A DNA stretch of 64,000 nucleotides, taken from Macrostomum lignano. Lineage: Eukaryota. This document shows, in pieces, positions 1 through 14,184 of the stretch (position 1 is its first letter; every line of letters begins with the position of its first letter). A program made the position numbers and the translations under genes. The DNA lies in the NCBI GenBank assembly GCA_002269645.1, contig NIVC01001321.1:214858-278857 (forward strand), in the 5' to 3' direction. A model generated the notes under the pieces. The model saw only the letters and a program-made list of their open reading frames with translations, was not told the origin of the DNA and searched no databases.

Positions 1-489
1 CAAGCCTGACTGACCCCGGCAGCTCGATCAGTTTATGCACCTGAAATTTCGATTGCTTTGGACTTTTGCTTTCTGAACCGCCTCCCCCCCCCCAGGCTGG
101 AGTTGCTGCTGATCGATGAATCGACGGGCAGTTTTTGGTTCTTCCAGAAGCAGGGTAAAGTGCTTCATCGCGCGGATGCTGCATGTTTGGCAGCGCTGGA
201 GCAGCGAGTCTAAGCGGCCATCAGGACTCTGATTTCTTATCCCAAAGCTTCCAGCAGCTCAGGTGGAGCTCAAGCAAGCGTGAGGGCCGGGGCTTCCGTT
301 ATTGATTGCCGGAGTCACGGCACGTCCTCAGGTGGACTCTCAGGTGGCGGGAGCTCCTCTGGTTGAGGAAGTTTTTGGCGGGATCGGAGAGGGAAAAAGC
401 GATTTTGGGGATTGAGATGCCCAGAAATTTTTTGGGCATTTAAGTGCTTGAGATAGGAGTGGGAGAGAACAGAACTCGGAAGATGAGAG

Positions 490-1250
490 AGGATAATGAG
501 ATTAGATAGGATAACGAGATTAGATAGGATAATGAGATTAGATAGGATAACGAGATTAGATAGGATAACGAGATTAGATAGGATAACGAGATTAGATAGG
601 ATAATGAGATTAGATAGGATAATGAGATTAGATAGGATAACGAGATTAGATAGGATAACGAGATTAGATAGGATAATGAGATTAGATAGGATAATGAGAT
701 TAGATAGGATAACGAGATTAGATAGGATAATGAGATTAGATAGGATAATGAGATTAGATAGGATAATGAGATTAGATAGGATAATGAGATTAGATAGGAT
801 AACGAGATTAGATAGGATAATGAGATTAGATAGGATAATGAGATTACAGAGGATAATGAGATATCAGAGGATGATGAGATATCAGAGGATAATTAGATAT
901 CAGAGGATAATTAGATATCAGAGGATAATGAGATATCAGAGGATAATGAGATATCAGAGGATAATGAGATATCAGAGGATAATGAGATTACAGAGGATAA
1001 TTAGATATCAGAGGATAATGAGATATCAGAGGATAATGAGATATCAGAGGATAATGAGATTACAGAGGATAATTAGATATCAGAGGATAATGAGATAACA
1101 GAGGATAATGAGATTACAGAGGATAATGAGATATCAGAGGATAATGAGATTACAGAGGATAATGAGATATCAGAGGATAATGAGATTACAGAGGATAATT
1201 ATATTAAAGAGGATAATGAGATTACAGAGGATAATGAGATTACAGAGGAT
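490..1250. repeat. 18-bp minisatellite (GAGATTAGATAGGATAA[T/C], grading into GAGAT[AT/TA]CAGAGGATAAT)
   Basis: Direct 18-bp periodicity; explains the RLDRIM/RYQRIM pseudo-ORF at 496-1098. Confidence 0.95.
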
Positions 1251-2067
1251 ATAGAGCTGAGAAAAGATAGGGAGAGGGTAGAGGTGAGGGCAGTGACCGG
1301 TAGAGGAGAGCTGAGGTGAAAGGAACACAGAGATGCAGAGACAAAAGGACGCGAAGCCGAATCGAACTCAGCTCTGAGGTGAACGGAAGAAGAGCAAAGC
1401 CAAGAAGAAGGTGGCCAGAGGCTCTGTGGGGACTGGCAGTTCTGGCTTTCACTTTCCCCGCCCTCTCTTTATTTCCCACGAGGTATTTTGCAGCCGATCG
1501 CAATTGAAAGAAGTTGATGGAAATTGAAAGTTGCAGGGGCCGCCCGACCCAGCCGTTTTTTTCCATCTCGGGGCTGAAAAGGAGGCAGAGGCAGGAAGCC
1601 GCGGTCTAATTGTGCCTTGAAAAATTCTAAGCTCCGAGATTTGAGAGGATTAAGGCGATGGAGGGGGGGGGGGAAGCTGAGGAGTGAGTCTGCGACCGCA
1701 GGAAGTGCTTGAAGTGGGCAGCGGCGAGAGGCACCGGGGCGGCAGCGGCACGCACAGGGAAATCAAAAGTTGTCGGTACTTCCGTGAGCGAGGGCAAAGT
1801 TCCTCACGGCTGCCCTTCTCTCTTTACTCTCAGCCCGTCGATCCCTTAGCATGACCGCCGGCAGAAAGGCCACTCCGTCCCTGTTAAGTGCTGACTGGCA
1901 GCCCGCTGTGTAATGGAGTGTGTTTCAAATGTGTCAGATTTGAGCTTTTTGATCCTCTTTTCCGTCATTTAAACTGCGGTTTGGTATAAGGTCACGGCTA
2001 TTGAGAAACTGGATTTCAGAATTTCTTAACTGCCTATGGTCTGCAGCATATGATTCGCAAATCAAAT

Positions 2068-2950
2068 GCCAATTTGAACTGTCTATGGCCCACAGCCCAC
2101 AGCCCGTGATTGGCCAATGAGATGATATGCCAGTTTGAACTATCTATGGCCCACAGCCCGTGATTGGCCAATGAGATGATATGCCAGTTTGAACTATCTA
2201 TGGCCCACAGCCCGTGATTGGCCAATCAGATGATATGCCAGTTTGAACTATCTATGGCCCACAGCCCGTGATTGGCCAATGAGATGATATGCCAGTTTGA
2301 ACTATCTATGGCCCACAGCCCGTGATTGGCCAATGAGATGATATGCCAGTTTGAACTGTCTATGGCCCACAGCCCGTGATTGGCCAATCAGATGATATGC
2401 CAGTTTGAACTATCTATGGCCCACAGCCCGTGATTGGCCAATGAGATGATATGCCAGTTTGAACTATCTATGGCCCACAGCCCGTGATTGGCCAATGAGA
2501 TGATATGCCAGTTTGAACTATCTATGGCCCACAGCCCGTGATTGGCCAATGAGATGATATGCCAGTTTGAACTATCTATGGCCCACAGCCCGTGATTGGC
2601 CAATGAGATGATATGCCAGTTTGAACTGTCTATGGCCCACAGCCCGTGATTGGCCAATCAGATGATATGCCAGTTTGAACTATCTATGGCCCACAGCCCG
2701 TGATTGGCCAATGAGATGATATGCCAGTTTGAACTGTCTATGGCCCACAGCCCGTGATTGGCCAATGAGATGATATGCCAGTTTGAACTATCTATGGCCC
2801 ACAGCCCGTGATTGGCCAATCAGATGCTATGCTAGATTGAACTGTCTATGGCCCACAGCCCGTGATTCACCAATCAAATGCCAGTTTGAACTGTCTATGG
2901 CCCACAGCCCGTGATTGGCCAATGAGATGATATGCCAGTTCGAACTGTCT
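2068..2950. repeat. 54-bp tandem repeat, about 16 copies, with an inverted double CCAAT (TGATTGGCCAAT[G/C]A)
   Basis: Unit GCCAGTTTGAACTATCTATGGCCCACAGCCCGTGATTGGCCAATGAGATGATAT; 18-aa period in the pseudo-ORFs. Confidence 0.95.
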
Positions 2951-3642
2951 TTGGAATGCGCCTGAGAACCGTTTGAGTTAATTAAAGCCAGGCTATGCTG
3001 CTCATTGCTCAAGGCGGGGCTCTGAGCAGCCATGCGTCTGACACATTGGACTGAGAGGTCGGGTCACTCTCAAACGGGCTGACTTGGCAGTGATTACGCA
3101 ATCCACTCGGCAGCAGATTTCGTCCCGCAAGAAAATAAGAAAGAAATGAGCTCAGTTGGAGTTCCTACTAGCAGAAATAAGTCTGCTGCTAGCCAGCCGA
3201 CTTTTTTATTCCATGACCAATTAAAACTAATTGGCATGCAATTTGAGGCCATGCTCGCTGATGTCTCTGCTCTTACTGTGAGCTGTGAGCTGTAGCTGTG
3301 GCTGTGGAGGTCCCCACCGACAAATTATCAAGTTGAGAACAAAATGAGAGATTGTCGGTCTATGAGCTGCTTGTGAAAATTGTCTAATTATTGTTTTTTA
3401 TTGTCTGCGGAGACCAGGGGGGGGTCGCGTTTTTTTCTGGAATCTTTCCGAATAAGAGTATGGCGAGCTGTATAGTTGCTGGGCTGGCTCTGTACGTTCA
3501 CGCGTGAATGTGTGAGAGAGTGCTGACCTGCCCGCGATGCTGGCTGGGTATCATTATGCAAAATAAATGGGGAGATGGGGGCAGGGAGGGTTATAGGGGA
3601 GACGGAGAGGAAGACGGAGAGCGACAGACGGAGGCGAAGAAG

Positions 3643-3927
3643 GAGACAGAGAGGGAGACAGAGAGGGAGACAGAGAGGGAGACATAGAGGGAGACAGAGA
3701 CGGAGACAAAGAGGGAGACAGAGAGGGAGACAGAGAGGGAGACAGAGAGGGAGACAGAGAGGGAGACAGAGAGGGAGACAGAGAGGGAGACAGAGAGGGA
3801 GACAGAGAGGGAGACAGAGAGGGAGACAGAGAGGGAGACAGAGAGGGAGACAGAGAGGGAGACAGAGAGGGAGACAGAGAGGGAGACAGAGAGGGAGACA
3901 GAGAGGGAGACAGAGAGGGAGACAGAG
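3643..3927. repeat. 12-bp repeat (GACAGAGAGGGA)n
   Basis: Near-perfect 12-bp period. Confidence 0.95.
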
Positions 3928-4400
3928 TAGCCAAGAGTTCTTACAGGCAAATCTGTCAAAGCCCCTCAGCCCGCACTCAGCTCAACATGCTCAAAGAGTC
4001 TTCTTTCTCCCCCAAGCCGCCGCAGTGGCCTCCAGAACGAGTCGGCACTGAGAATGCAATTTTCTAGAATGCTGGGGTTGTTGGGCGGGCCGGACAGACA
4101 GTGAGGCAGGAGTCAATCAGAATCCCAGCGAGTCCCTTGTCAGACTTGATTTGCCTTTTGCCCGTTCTGTCAATTCAAACCGCCGCTGTGGCCGACTGTC
4201 CCTGGGATAATGAGGATTTCATAAAGCTATTTGAATTCGAATTCCAGAGGTGGACAGGCGAAGGTGACGTCCTTTTTAATGCGTTCGAATTGAGCGAAGG
4301 TGGATGGGAAGCGGCCGTTTGAGAGGAATTTTGACTGCTTCTCTGCGGTCTTTTTCACTTCTCTTGGTGAAACTTACTTCATTGAACCCTTCATACCCAC

Positions 4401-4787
4401 CTTCTCCCTTCATCTCTCTACCTCTCCCTTCATCTCTCTACCTCTCCCTTCATCTCTCTACCTCTCCCTTCATCTCTCTACCTCTCCCTTCATCTCTCTA
4501 CCTCTACCTTCATCTCTCTACCTCTCCCTTCATCTCTCTACCTCTACCTTCATCTCTCTACCTCTCCCTTCATCTCTCTACCTCTACCTTCATCTCTCTA
4601 CCTCTACCTTCATCTCTCTACCTCTCCCTTCATCTCTCTATCTCTCCCTTCATCTCACTGCCTCTACCTTCATCTCTCTACCTCTCCCTTCATCTCTCTA
4701 CCTCTCCCTTCATCTCTCTACCTCTCCCTTCATCTCTCTACCTCTCCCTTTATCTTTCTACCTCTCCTTTCATCTCTCTACCTCTCC
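4401..4787. repeat. 20-bp pyrimidine repeat (CTTCATCTCTCTACCTCTCC)n
   Basis: Direct periodicity. Confidence 0.95.
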
Positions 4788-5892
4788 GTTTTGCTGTTGA
4801 ATTTCAATTTTGCCTCTTTCGCCCCAGAATCCCACTCCATCATCGCATATCTGAGCCCATCGCCCCGCAGTCCAATTTCAACACCTCAGCGGCTGCCTCC
4901 CACCAGACCAGCGAATTCCCCAGACGGTCCCCAGTTAACAATCCTTGACTCACCTCTCCTCTTATGCAACCCGCCGCCTCCCCTTAACTCATTCCACTCT
5001 GCCGCCCCCGTGTCAAACCGTAAAGAAAATTCATTTTCATTTTTCCTCTCGCTCTGCGACTTCTCGACAGTCGTCAATTTAGCAAACTCCCCGATTCCCA
5101 ATTTTTTTTATTACCGCCTTTCATCTCCCCATCCCGGGCCGTGATTGCGGGCCTCCCAGCGCAGTGCCAGATATGACTGGGCGGAGGGGGGCGAGGAGTT
5201 CCGCGGACGCAGCCTCTGGGATGAAGGATTTGGCGAGCTTGAAAATGTGTGAAAACCGCCGCTACACCAATTCCGCTGCATGCGTACGCGGTCACAGCGC
5301 TCACACAGGGTGCACAGCGGCACACAGGGTGCACAGCGGCACTGACCAGTTCATCAAATTAGCAGTCGTTTGGGTTACTCGAGTTAAGCTTCTTAGGTAA
5401 AGAATAAGCCTATGAGCCAAGGGTGCTCGAGAAGTGGGTTGCTTGTCCTCAGTCAGTCTCCACTCCAGTTAGCTCAGTCTAGCAGTCCTTGACTCTGAGA
5501 CGGTTGGAGGACCCAGCCAACTCATTCAACGCATAATTTATGGCTGGCGCGGCGGCTGGGGAAACCGCAAAGATTATCAGGTGGAAGCTCTGCCCCCCTC
5601 CCCCCTAGGCGGGGCCCCAATTCCCCGCCTGATATCTGGGCGAGCAGTTTATGCATATTTTCACGCAGTCGCAGCGCCGCCAAAATTGATTGCATCATTT
5701 CTTCGACGGGTCAGCAGAGCTGCTCAATGCCAGTGAGGGCAGTGATTCGAGCTCAGCTCACTGCTGCTTGCTGCCGGCTTTTGCTTTGGAAGCGTGCAGA
5801 TTTTCTGCGTTCTACCAGTTTTAGGGGCAAACGCATCGCTGGGAGAGAAGAAGGACAGGGAAGGGTAGACGGAGACTTAATGAGAGCAAGAG

Positions 5893-6715
5893 GGAGACCG
5901 AGAGAGGGAGACTGAGAGAGGGAGACTGAGAGAGAGGGACTGAGATGAGAGGGAGACTGAGAGAGGGAGACTGAGAGAGGGAGACTGAGAGAGTGAGACG
6001 TAGAGAGGGAGACTGAGAGAGGCAGGCTGAGAGAGGGAGACTGAGAGAGTGAGACGGAGAGAGGGAGACTGAGAGAGGCAGGCTGAGAGAGGGAGACTGA
6101 GAGAGGGAGACTGAGAGAGGGAGACTGAGAGAGTGAGACTGAGAGAGTGAGACGTAGAGAGGGAGACTGAGAGAGGCAGGCTGAGAGAGGGAGACTGAGA
6201 GAGGGAGACTGAGAGAAGGAGATTGAGAGAGGGAGAAGACAGGGAGACTGAGAGAGGGAGACTGAGAGAGTGAGACGGAGAGAGGGAGACTGAGAGAGGC
6301 AGGCTGAGAGAGGGAGACTGAGAGAGGGAGACTGAGAGAGGGAGACTGAGACAGGGAGACTGAGAGAGTGAGACTTAGAGAGGGAGACTGAGAGAAGGAG
6401 ATTGAGAGAGGGAGAAGACAGGGAGACTGAGAGAGGGAGACTGAGAGAGTGAGACGGAGAGAGGGAGACTGAGAGAGGGAAACTGAGAGAGGGAGACTGA
6501 GAGAGGCAGGCTGAGAGAGGGAGACTGAGAGAGGGAGACCGAGAGAGGGAGACTGAGAGAGGGAGACTGAGAGAGGGAGACTGAGAGAGGGAGACTGAGA
6601 GAGTGAGACGGAGAGGGAGACTGAGAGAGGAAGACTGAGAGAGTGAGACGGAGAGGGAGACTGAGAGAGGAAGACTGAGAGAGGGAGACTGATAGTGAGA
6701 CTGAGATGAGAGGGA
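5893..6715. repeat. ~14-bp GA-rich minisatellite (GAGAGGGAGACTGA)n with variants
   Basis: Direct periodicity. Confidence 0.9.
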
Positions 6716-7009
6716 GTAGCCCGTGCCACAGCAGAGGACATCTGGGTCTCCCTATTTTCCCAAGGAAGAGATGTCAGAAGCAAGTTTGGCGGGGGGCGTT
6801 CGCGCAGCCTGGGAGATGAATTGGTGGCAGCGGGTGTTTCCATGCGATGCCCCCTCAAGCCCGTGTTTTCCTTGGCGAAGCCCCTTGTCAGCTGGTGGCG
6901 TTCAATCAGCCTGGGAATGCGGCTGGCAGTCTCTCAAGTTTTTTAACACTAAAATTTGTCTGCTAAAAATTGTTTTTTATTTTGCACAGATTTGGGTCCG
7001 GAGAAGAGA

Positions 7010-8030
7010 GATGGAGAGGTAGATGGAGAGAAAGAAAAGGAAGATGGAGAGACAAACAGAGAAGAATGTGGAGATAAAGCCTGAGAAGAAGAGGAAGAAG
7101 AAGATGCAGAGGAGAGGGATAAGTTGAAGGAGATAGAGAAGGAAAGGGGTGGAGAAGGAGAGGGAGAGACAGATGGAGAGGGAGGAAGATGGAGAAGGAG
7201 AGGGAGATGGAAAAGGAGAGGGGGTGAAGAAGGAGAGGGAGATGGAAAAGGAGAGGGGTGGAGAAGGAGAGGAAGAAGAAGATGGAGAAGGAGAGGGAGA
7301 TGGAGAGGGAGACGGAGATGGAGATGGAGAAGGAGATGGAGATGGAGAAGGAGATGGAGATGGTGAAGGAGAGGGAGATTGCCTCTGGAAAAGGAGAGGG
7401 GTGAAGAAGGAGAGGGAGATGGAGAAGGAGAGGGGTGGAGAAGAAGAGGAAGAAGATGGAGAAGGAGAGGGAGATGGAGATGGAGAAGGAGATGGAGATG
7501 GAGAAGGAGATGGAGATAGAAAAAGAGACGGGGTGGAGAAGGAGAGGGAGATGGAGACGGAGATGGAGAAGGAGATGGAAAAGGAGATGGAGAGGGAGAT
7601 AAAGAAGGAGAGGGAGATAAAGAAGGAGAGGGAGATGGGGAAGAAGAGGGAGATGGGGATGAAGAGGGAGATGGGGAAGAAGAGGGAGATGGGGAAGAAG
7701 AGGGAGATGGGGAAGAAGAGGGAGATGGGGAAGAAGAGGGAGATGGGGAAGAAGAGGGAGATGGAAAAGGAGAGGGAGATGGGGAAGGAGAGGGAGATGG
7801 GGAAGGAGAGGGAGATGGGGAAGGAGAGGGAGATGGGGAAGGAGAGGGAGATGGGGAAGGAGAGGGAGATGGGGAAGGAGAGGGAGATGGGGAAGGAGAG
7901 GGAGATGGGGAAGGAGAGGGAGATGGGGAAGGAGAGGGAGATGGGGAAGGAGAGGGAGATGGGGAAGGAGAGGGAGATGGGGAAGGAGAGGGAGATGGGG
8001 AAGGAGAGGGAGATGGGGAAGGAGAGGAAG
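7010..8030. repeat. GA-rich compound repeat ending in an 18-bp (GAGGGAGATGGGGAAGGA)n array
   Basis: Direct periodicity; source of the SP/KEREMG pseudo-ORFs. Confidence 0.9.
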
Positions 8031-8865
8031 AGGAGTCAAAGACAGAATGCGGGACAGCATTAGCAAACAGGGGGGGGGGGGGCGGCTGAAGTAAAAAAAG
8101 CAGCGCAGCAGCAATGAAAGCCCATCTTGAAGAGAAAAGGCGCCACCAGACGAGCGAAGCCCCACTGCGGTTTTCATTCTCTGCTGAGTTGTGCGGCAAC
8201 GGGCAGGGAATTCCAGCACCGATACCGACTTAACGGCTCACGGACAAAGGAAACCGACTCAGTGTCCGAGAGAGGGCAGAGGAGAAACTGCTGGGAGGCC
8301 GCCTACTTGTCCCGCCAATTGAGGGAAAGTGAGATGGGAAGAAACGAGGAGAGAGGCGAGATGGACGGATGCGGCCGGGTTGAGTCACTTTCCCTGGCGC
8401 TGACTCACGACTGGCGATTCTCATTTCCCAGAAAGAGTTCGAGCGGCTTCCACCGGCCGATCTTAAATTTCGATTCCGTCGTTTTTTTGAAAAAAATGTT
8501 TTTAAAAAATATCCTAGTGGTATCTGGGCTGTCCGATAGCCGGAACACGATGCTGGATACAGCTCAACGTGAGCACATCCCGGACCCAGATAGCGGACAG
8601 CGGGTCTGTATCCGACTGCCCGAATCGCTTGGCCGCCGCCCGCCTCGATGCTCATTGCAACACAGCTGCTGAATTTTTCAATTGCTACACTTGGCTGACA
8701 TCTCCGTCTCTTCTGGAAGACTCTTTCAGATTTCTGTTGAAACTGTTGCGATTCTGGGTGAAATTTTTGCTGATTCTTGACACACTGAATCTGGTTCTCC
8801 TGATGCAGCTGCCAGACAGCCTCATCATTCCGTTGCCATAGACTGAGAGAGGATCAAAAAGCTAT

Positions 8866-9527
8866 CGGCGCTTAAATCTAGGAGCTATTGGCGCTAAAAT
8901 CTAGGAGCTATTGGCGCTAAAATCTAAGGACTGTTGGCACTAAAATCTAGGATCTATTGGCGCTTAAATGTAGGAGGTACTGGCGCTTAAATATTGGAAC
9001 TCTATCGGCGCTTAAATCTAGGAGCTATTGGCGCTAAAATCTAAGAGGTACTGGCGCTTAAATCTATGAGCTATTGGCGCTAAAATCTAAGAGGTACTGG
9101 CGCTTAAATCTTGGAACTCTATCGGCGCTTAAATCTAGGAGCTATTGGCGCTAAAATCTAGGGGCTATCGGCGCTTAAATCTAGGAGCTATCGGCGCTTA
9201 AATCTAAGAGCTACTGGCGCTAAAATCTAGGAGCTACTCGCGCTAAAATCTAGGAGCTACTCGCGCTAAAATCTAGGAGCTACTGGCGCTAAAATCTAGG
9301 AGCTACTCGCGCTAAAATCTAGGAGCTACTGGCGCTAAAATCTAGGAGCTACTGGCGCTAAAATCTAGGAGCTACTCGCGCTAAAATCTAGGAGCTACTG
9401 GCGCTAAAATCTAGGAGCTACTGGCGCTAAAATCTAGGAGCTACTGGCGCTAAAATCTAGGAGCTACTCGCGCTAAAATCTAGGAGCTACTGGCGCTAAA
9501 ATCTAGGAGCTACTGGCGCTAAAATCT
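8866..9527. repeat. 23-bp minisatellite (GGCGCTAAAATCTAGGAGCTACT)n
   Basis: About 28 copies with variants. Confidence 0.95.
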
Positions 9528-10291
9528 GAAACAAAGAGACCAATAGCGCTAAAATGTAGACATGTGAGGCTATTTAACATTGGCAAGACTCCTTCTACCA
9601 GCTCAAGGCCCCATCCCAATCCGCTGTAATTAACTGAATGCCCCCACATCAACGTGATGCTGGCCCCGACATCAGGAATGGAGCATCGCACACAGTAGGG
9701 ATTAACTCGTTATGGATTTGAAGATTAGCAGCAAAAATGAGCGCTGCAGCTTCGCCCATCTTTTCCTACTCGGAGTTAACCAGCTTCTGGTTTCTGGGCT
9801 GGTCCGAGTTTACTCCTCAAGCTGAGTAGATGAGAAAGCTTGTGAGAAACCATCACGGAACTTCTCTGGGCTGGAGCTGCTACTCAGCCAAATCAAAATT
9901 TTTGTTGCCATTGAAGATTAGCGGATTGCGCAACCGGCGGCCATTGTGAAACCGTAAGTGCTTACTTCTGTTTCAACTCTCGGTTGCATTGAGAACTGCT
10001 CATTTTCCTGCATTTGCTGGTTCCGCTGCTCAGGATCTCTGAGCTGGCCGTAAATCTGTTTGCTTTCTTCTCCTGCATCAGCTGGTGAGCTGTCGGTTGC
10101 TTCTCACGATCGGAAATGGCGATCAAAGAATTGAGCAGATTGGAGTGAAACCCGGGATCAAGCGGTGCCGCTGCCGCCTGCTCCCAGCTCACGGACCGGC
10201 TCACAAATCGTTTGATTTTCACGAGATAAGAAGCTTTTAGCCTTGTTGAGCACTGAATTTTAACAATAATGAGTTCCCGAGGTTTCGTAGC

Positions 10292-10757
<466 letters not shown>

Positions 10758-11864
10758 CTGCTGTTTTTCAGTTGCTTACAAGAGGAGCTGCTCAAAGCTC
10801 TACTCAGAGTTGAGAAATGAGCACAGAACGCCAACCCAGCCATGGAAAACACGGAAATCTGAGGATTCATCTGAGAAAGGGAGATGAAGACGTCAGCTTG
10901 GTCCCAGCCTCAGACCAGCAGAAATCGGACACCTCGGCACCAAGGGATAAATTAGCAGCCCAAGTCAGCGACCTGCCAGCCGGGGATTTCTGGGCACGGG
11001 AAGAAAGCGGGGGCGGAGAGGGCTGGGGTCGGACCTGAGGTTGGCTTGGCTCTGGATGAAAAAAGCATGATTGTACTCATATAGCTCGTGCGTTTGTGCA
11101 CTGGCTCAGGGACTAGGAAGGAGGATGCATTACATTCTCTTTTCTAAGAAACACAAGAGCAACCCGACACCTGGGCCGGCTCCCGATAGAGCGCTTCACA
11201 GGTAATCTAATTTACAACCCTTAATTTCCTTAACATAAAATATTTGTAACAATAAACTTCCCAAATCCAATATAAACTTCCCCAACCAGAAACTTCCCAG
11301 GCACGAAAATCCCCATTAGAGCCTAAAGCAAGGCTCTGAGCCATATTAGGACGTACACTAACCAGAGTATTAATTCCATAATGCAACTCCAGATGTAAGT
11401 CAGTTGTGCTCAGCTTTCCTGCACTAACCGGCTTAGCTAACAGATTACCCATCTAAATAAGTGAGCAGAGCCGCATCATTTTCGCGCCACTGAGCAGCTG
11501 GGACGCCTGCCCAGCAACTGGCGCTGGTCGATCGCCCTGTGGCTTCTGCACCGCATTTTCCTGTCGCTAAGCCAGCCAGCCGTCTCAGCCAGCACAACTC
11601 GACCCTCTGGCCTCGAGGCGTCAAGTGCCAGGCCTTTCCCATTGCTGCCTGTACACAGCTGACCCAAATAAGATGCAGCATTGGAGTGCAGCCCCCTCCT
11701 CAGGCGCTCTCATTTGCTTAGTTGTCATATTGGGAGGCCCGTGTCCTCCCCGACTTAATCCGAGTTCAATGACGCTCGTGACCTGGTGGCTCCGGCCGCT
11801 AATCAGCTGCCACAGATGCTGGAGCGAGCCTTAAGCTCAAGAGTGCAGGGAGCTCAGTTTATTG

Positions 11865-11910
11865 AGGGAGATAAGAGAGGAGACAGAGGGGGAAAAGAGA
11901 GAAAGAAGGG

Positions 11911-11964
<54 letters not shown>

Positions 11965-13700
11965 GAGGTGAGAGAGAGATGGGGAGATGAGAGAGAGATG
12001 GGGAGATGAGAGAGACGGGGAGATGAGAGAGAAGGGAAGATGAGAGAGAAGGGGAGATGAGAGAGAAGGGGAGATGAGAGAGAAGTGGATAAGAGAGAGA
12101 AGGGGACGTGAGAGAGAGAAGGGGTGATGGAGAGAGAGAGAAGGGGACGTGAGAGAGAGAAGGGGTAATGGAGAGAGAGAGAAGGGGACGTGAGAAAGAG
12201 AAGGGGTGATGGAGAGAGAGAGAGAAGGGGACGTGAGAGAGAGAAAGGGAGATGAGAGAGAGAAGGGGAGATGAGAGGAAGAGAAGGGGAGATGAGAGAG
12301 AGAAGGGTACATGAGAGAGAGAATGGGAGATGAGAGAGAGAAGGGCAGATGAGAGAGAGAGAGGGGAGATGAGAGAGAGAAGGGAAGATGAGAGAGAGAG
12401 GGGAGATGAGAGAGAGAGAAAGGGTGATGAGAGAGAGAAGGGGAGATGAGAGAGAAGGGGAGATGAGAGAGAGAGGGGAGATGAGAGAGAGAGGGGAGAT
12501 GAGAGAGACAAGGGAAGATGAGAGAGAGAAGGGGAGATGAGAGAGAGAAGGGAACATGAGAGAGAGAGGGGAGATGAGAGAGAGAGGGGAGATGAGAGAG
12601 ACAAGGGGAGATGAGAGAGACAAGGGGAGATGAGAGAGAAGGGGAGATGAGAGAGAAGGGGAGATGAGAGAGAGAAGGGGAGATGAGAGAGAGAAGGGGA
12701 GATGAGAGAGAGAAGGGAAAATGAGAGAGAGAAGGGGAGATGAGAGAGAGAAGGGAACATGAGAGAGAGAGGGGAGATGAGAGAGAGAGAGGGGAGATGA
12801 GAGAGACAAGGGGAGATGAGAGAGACAAGGGGAGATGAGAGAGAAGGGGAGATGAGAGAGAAGGGGAGATGAGAGAGAGAAGGGGAGATGAGAGAGAGAA
12901 GGGGAGATGAGAGAGAGAAGGGAAAATGAGAGAGAGAAGGGGAGATGAGAGAGAGAAGGGAACATGAGAGAGAGAGGGGAGATGAGAGAGAGGGGGGAGA
13001 TAAGAGAGAGAGGGGAGATGAGAGAGACAAGGGGAAATGAGAGAGAAGGGGAGATGAGAGAGAGAAGGGGAGATGAGAGAGAAGGGGAGATGAGAGAGAG
13101 AAGGGGAGATGAGAGAGAAGGGAACATGAGAGAGAGAGGGGAGATGAGAGAAAGAAGGGGAGATGAGAGAGAAGGGGAGATGAGAGAGAGAAGCGGAGAT
13201 AAGAGAGGAGGGAACATGAGAGAGAGAGGGGAGATGAGAGGGAGAAGGGGAGATGAGAGAGAGGGGGAGCTGAGAGAGAGAAGGGAAGATGAGAGAGAGA
13301 AGGGGAGATGAGAGAGAAGGGGAGATGAGAGAGAGAAGGGGAGATGAGAGAGAAGGGGAGATGAGAGAGAAGGGGAGATGAGAGAGAGAAGGGGAGATGA
13401 GAGAGAAGGGGAGATGAGAGAGAGAAGGGGAGATGAGAGAGAGAAGGGGAGATGAGAGAGAAGGGGAGATGAGAGAGAAGGGGAGATGAGAGAGAAGGGG
13501 AGATGAGAGAGAGAAGGGGAGATGAGAGAGAGAAGGGGAGATGAGAGAGAGAAGGGGAGATGAGAGAGAGAAGGGGAGATGAGAGAGAAGGGGAGATGAG
13601 AGATAGAAGGGGAGATGAGAGAGAAGGGGAGATGAGAGAGAAGGGGAGAAAAGAGAGAATTGGATATGAGAGAGAGACGGAGACAACGGGATGAGACAGA
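11865..13700. repeat. GA-rich 18/20-bp minisatellite (GAGATGAGAGAGAAGGGG)n, ~1.8 kb
   Basis: Almost purine-only on the + strand; explains the three ~635-aa SL-rich pseudo-ORFs. Confidence 0.95.
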
Positions 13701-14184
13701 GAAAGAATGAGGAGCACACAAGAGTGGAGGCAGGCGGGCAGCACAGGTACTGATGCTGTTCAATCACCAGAAGCTTCTCCAAAGAATTCTATCCAACCGT
13801 CCACTGAAATTCTCGACAACTGTCTGCCAAAGTTTCTAGAATTTTTTAGAAGTTCAAAGCATCAAGTTTTGCTTCCGGCATCCGGTAGGCAGAATGCCAA
13901 ATTTTTTATTGCCTGTGGCGACTCCTTGTTTCAACTTTTATCTCCGTGTAAAAGCAGATTCCGCAGCATTCCGCTTTGCAGCTGCCCAGTAAAGAGAAGA
14001 AGTGGAATCACGGCGGCAATAAACTGCAGAGATTCTGCCGTTCAGAAAACTGAAACACTTGGCTAGCAGATAGTCAAAGTACACGCAAAGTGCAAATAAC
14101 AAGATGCGCGAACACTAGAGTTCAGGGTCACGACGCAGCACAGCCATTAAATTATAAAATTGCCGACCCGCGGAAGCATAGCCA

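Noticed and set aside
11200-11455. AT-skewed segment as a mitochondrial insertion or exon
   Set aside because: No recognisable mitochondrial gene or splice context; needs BLAST.
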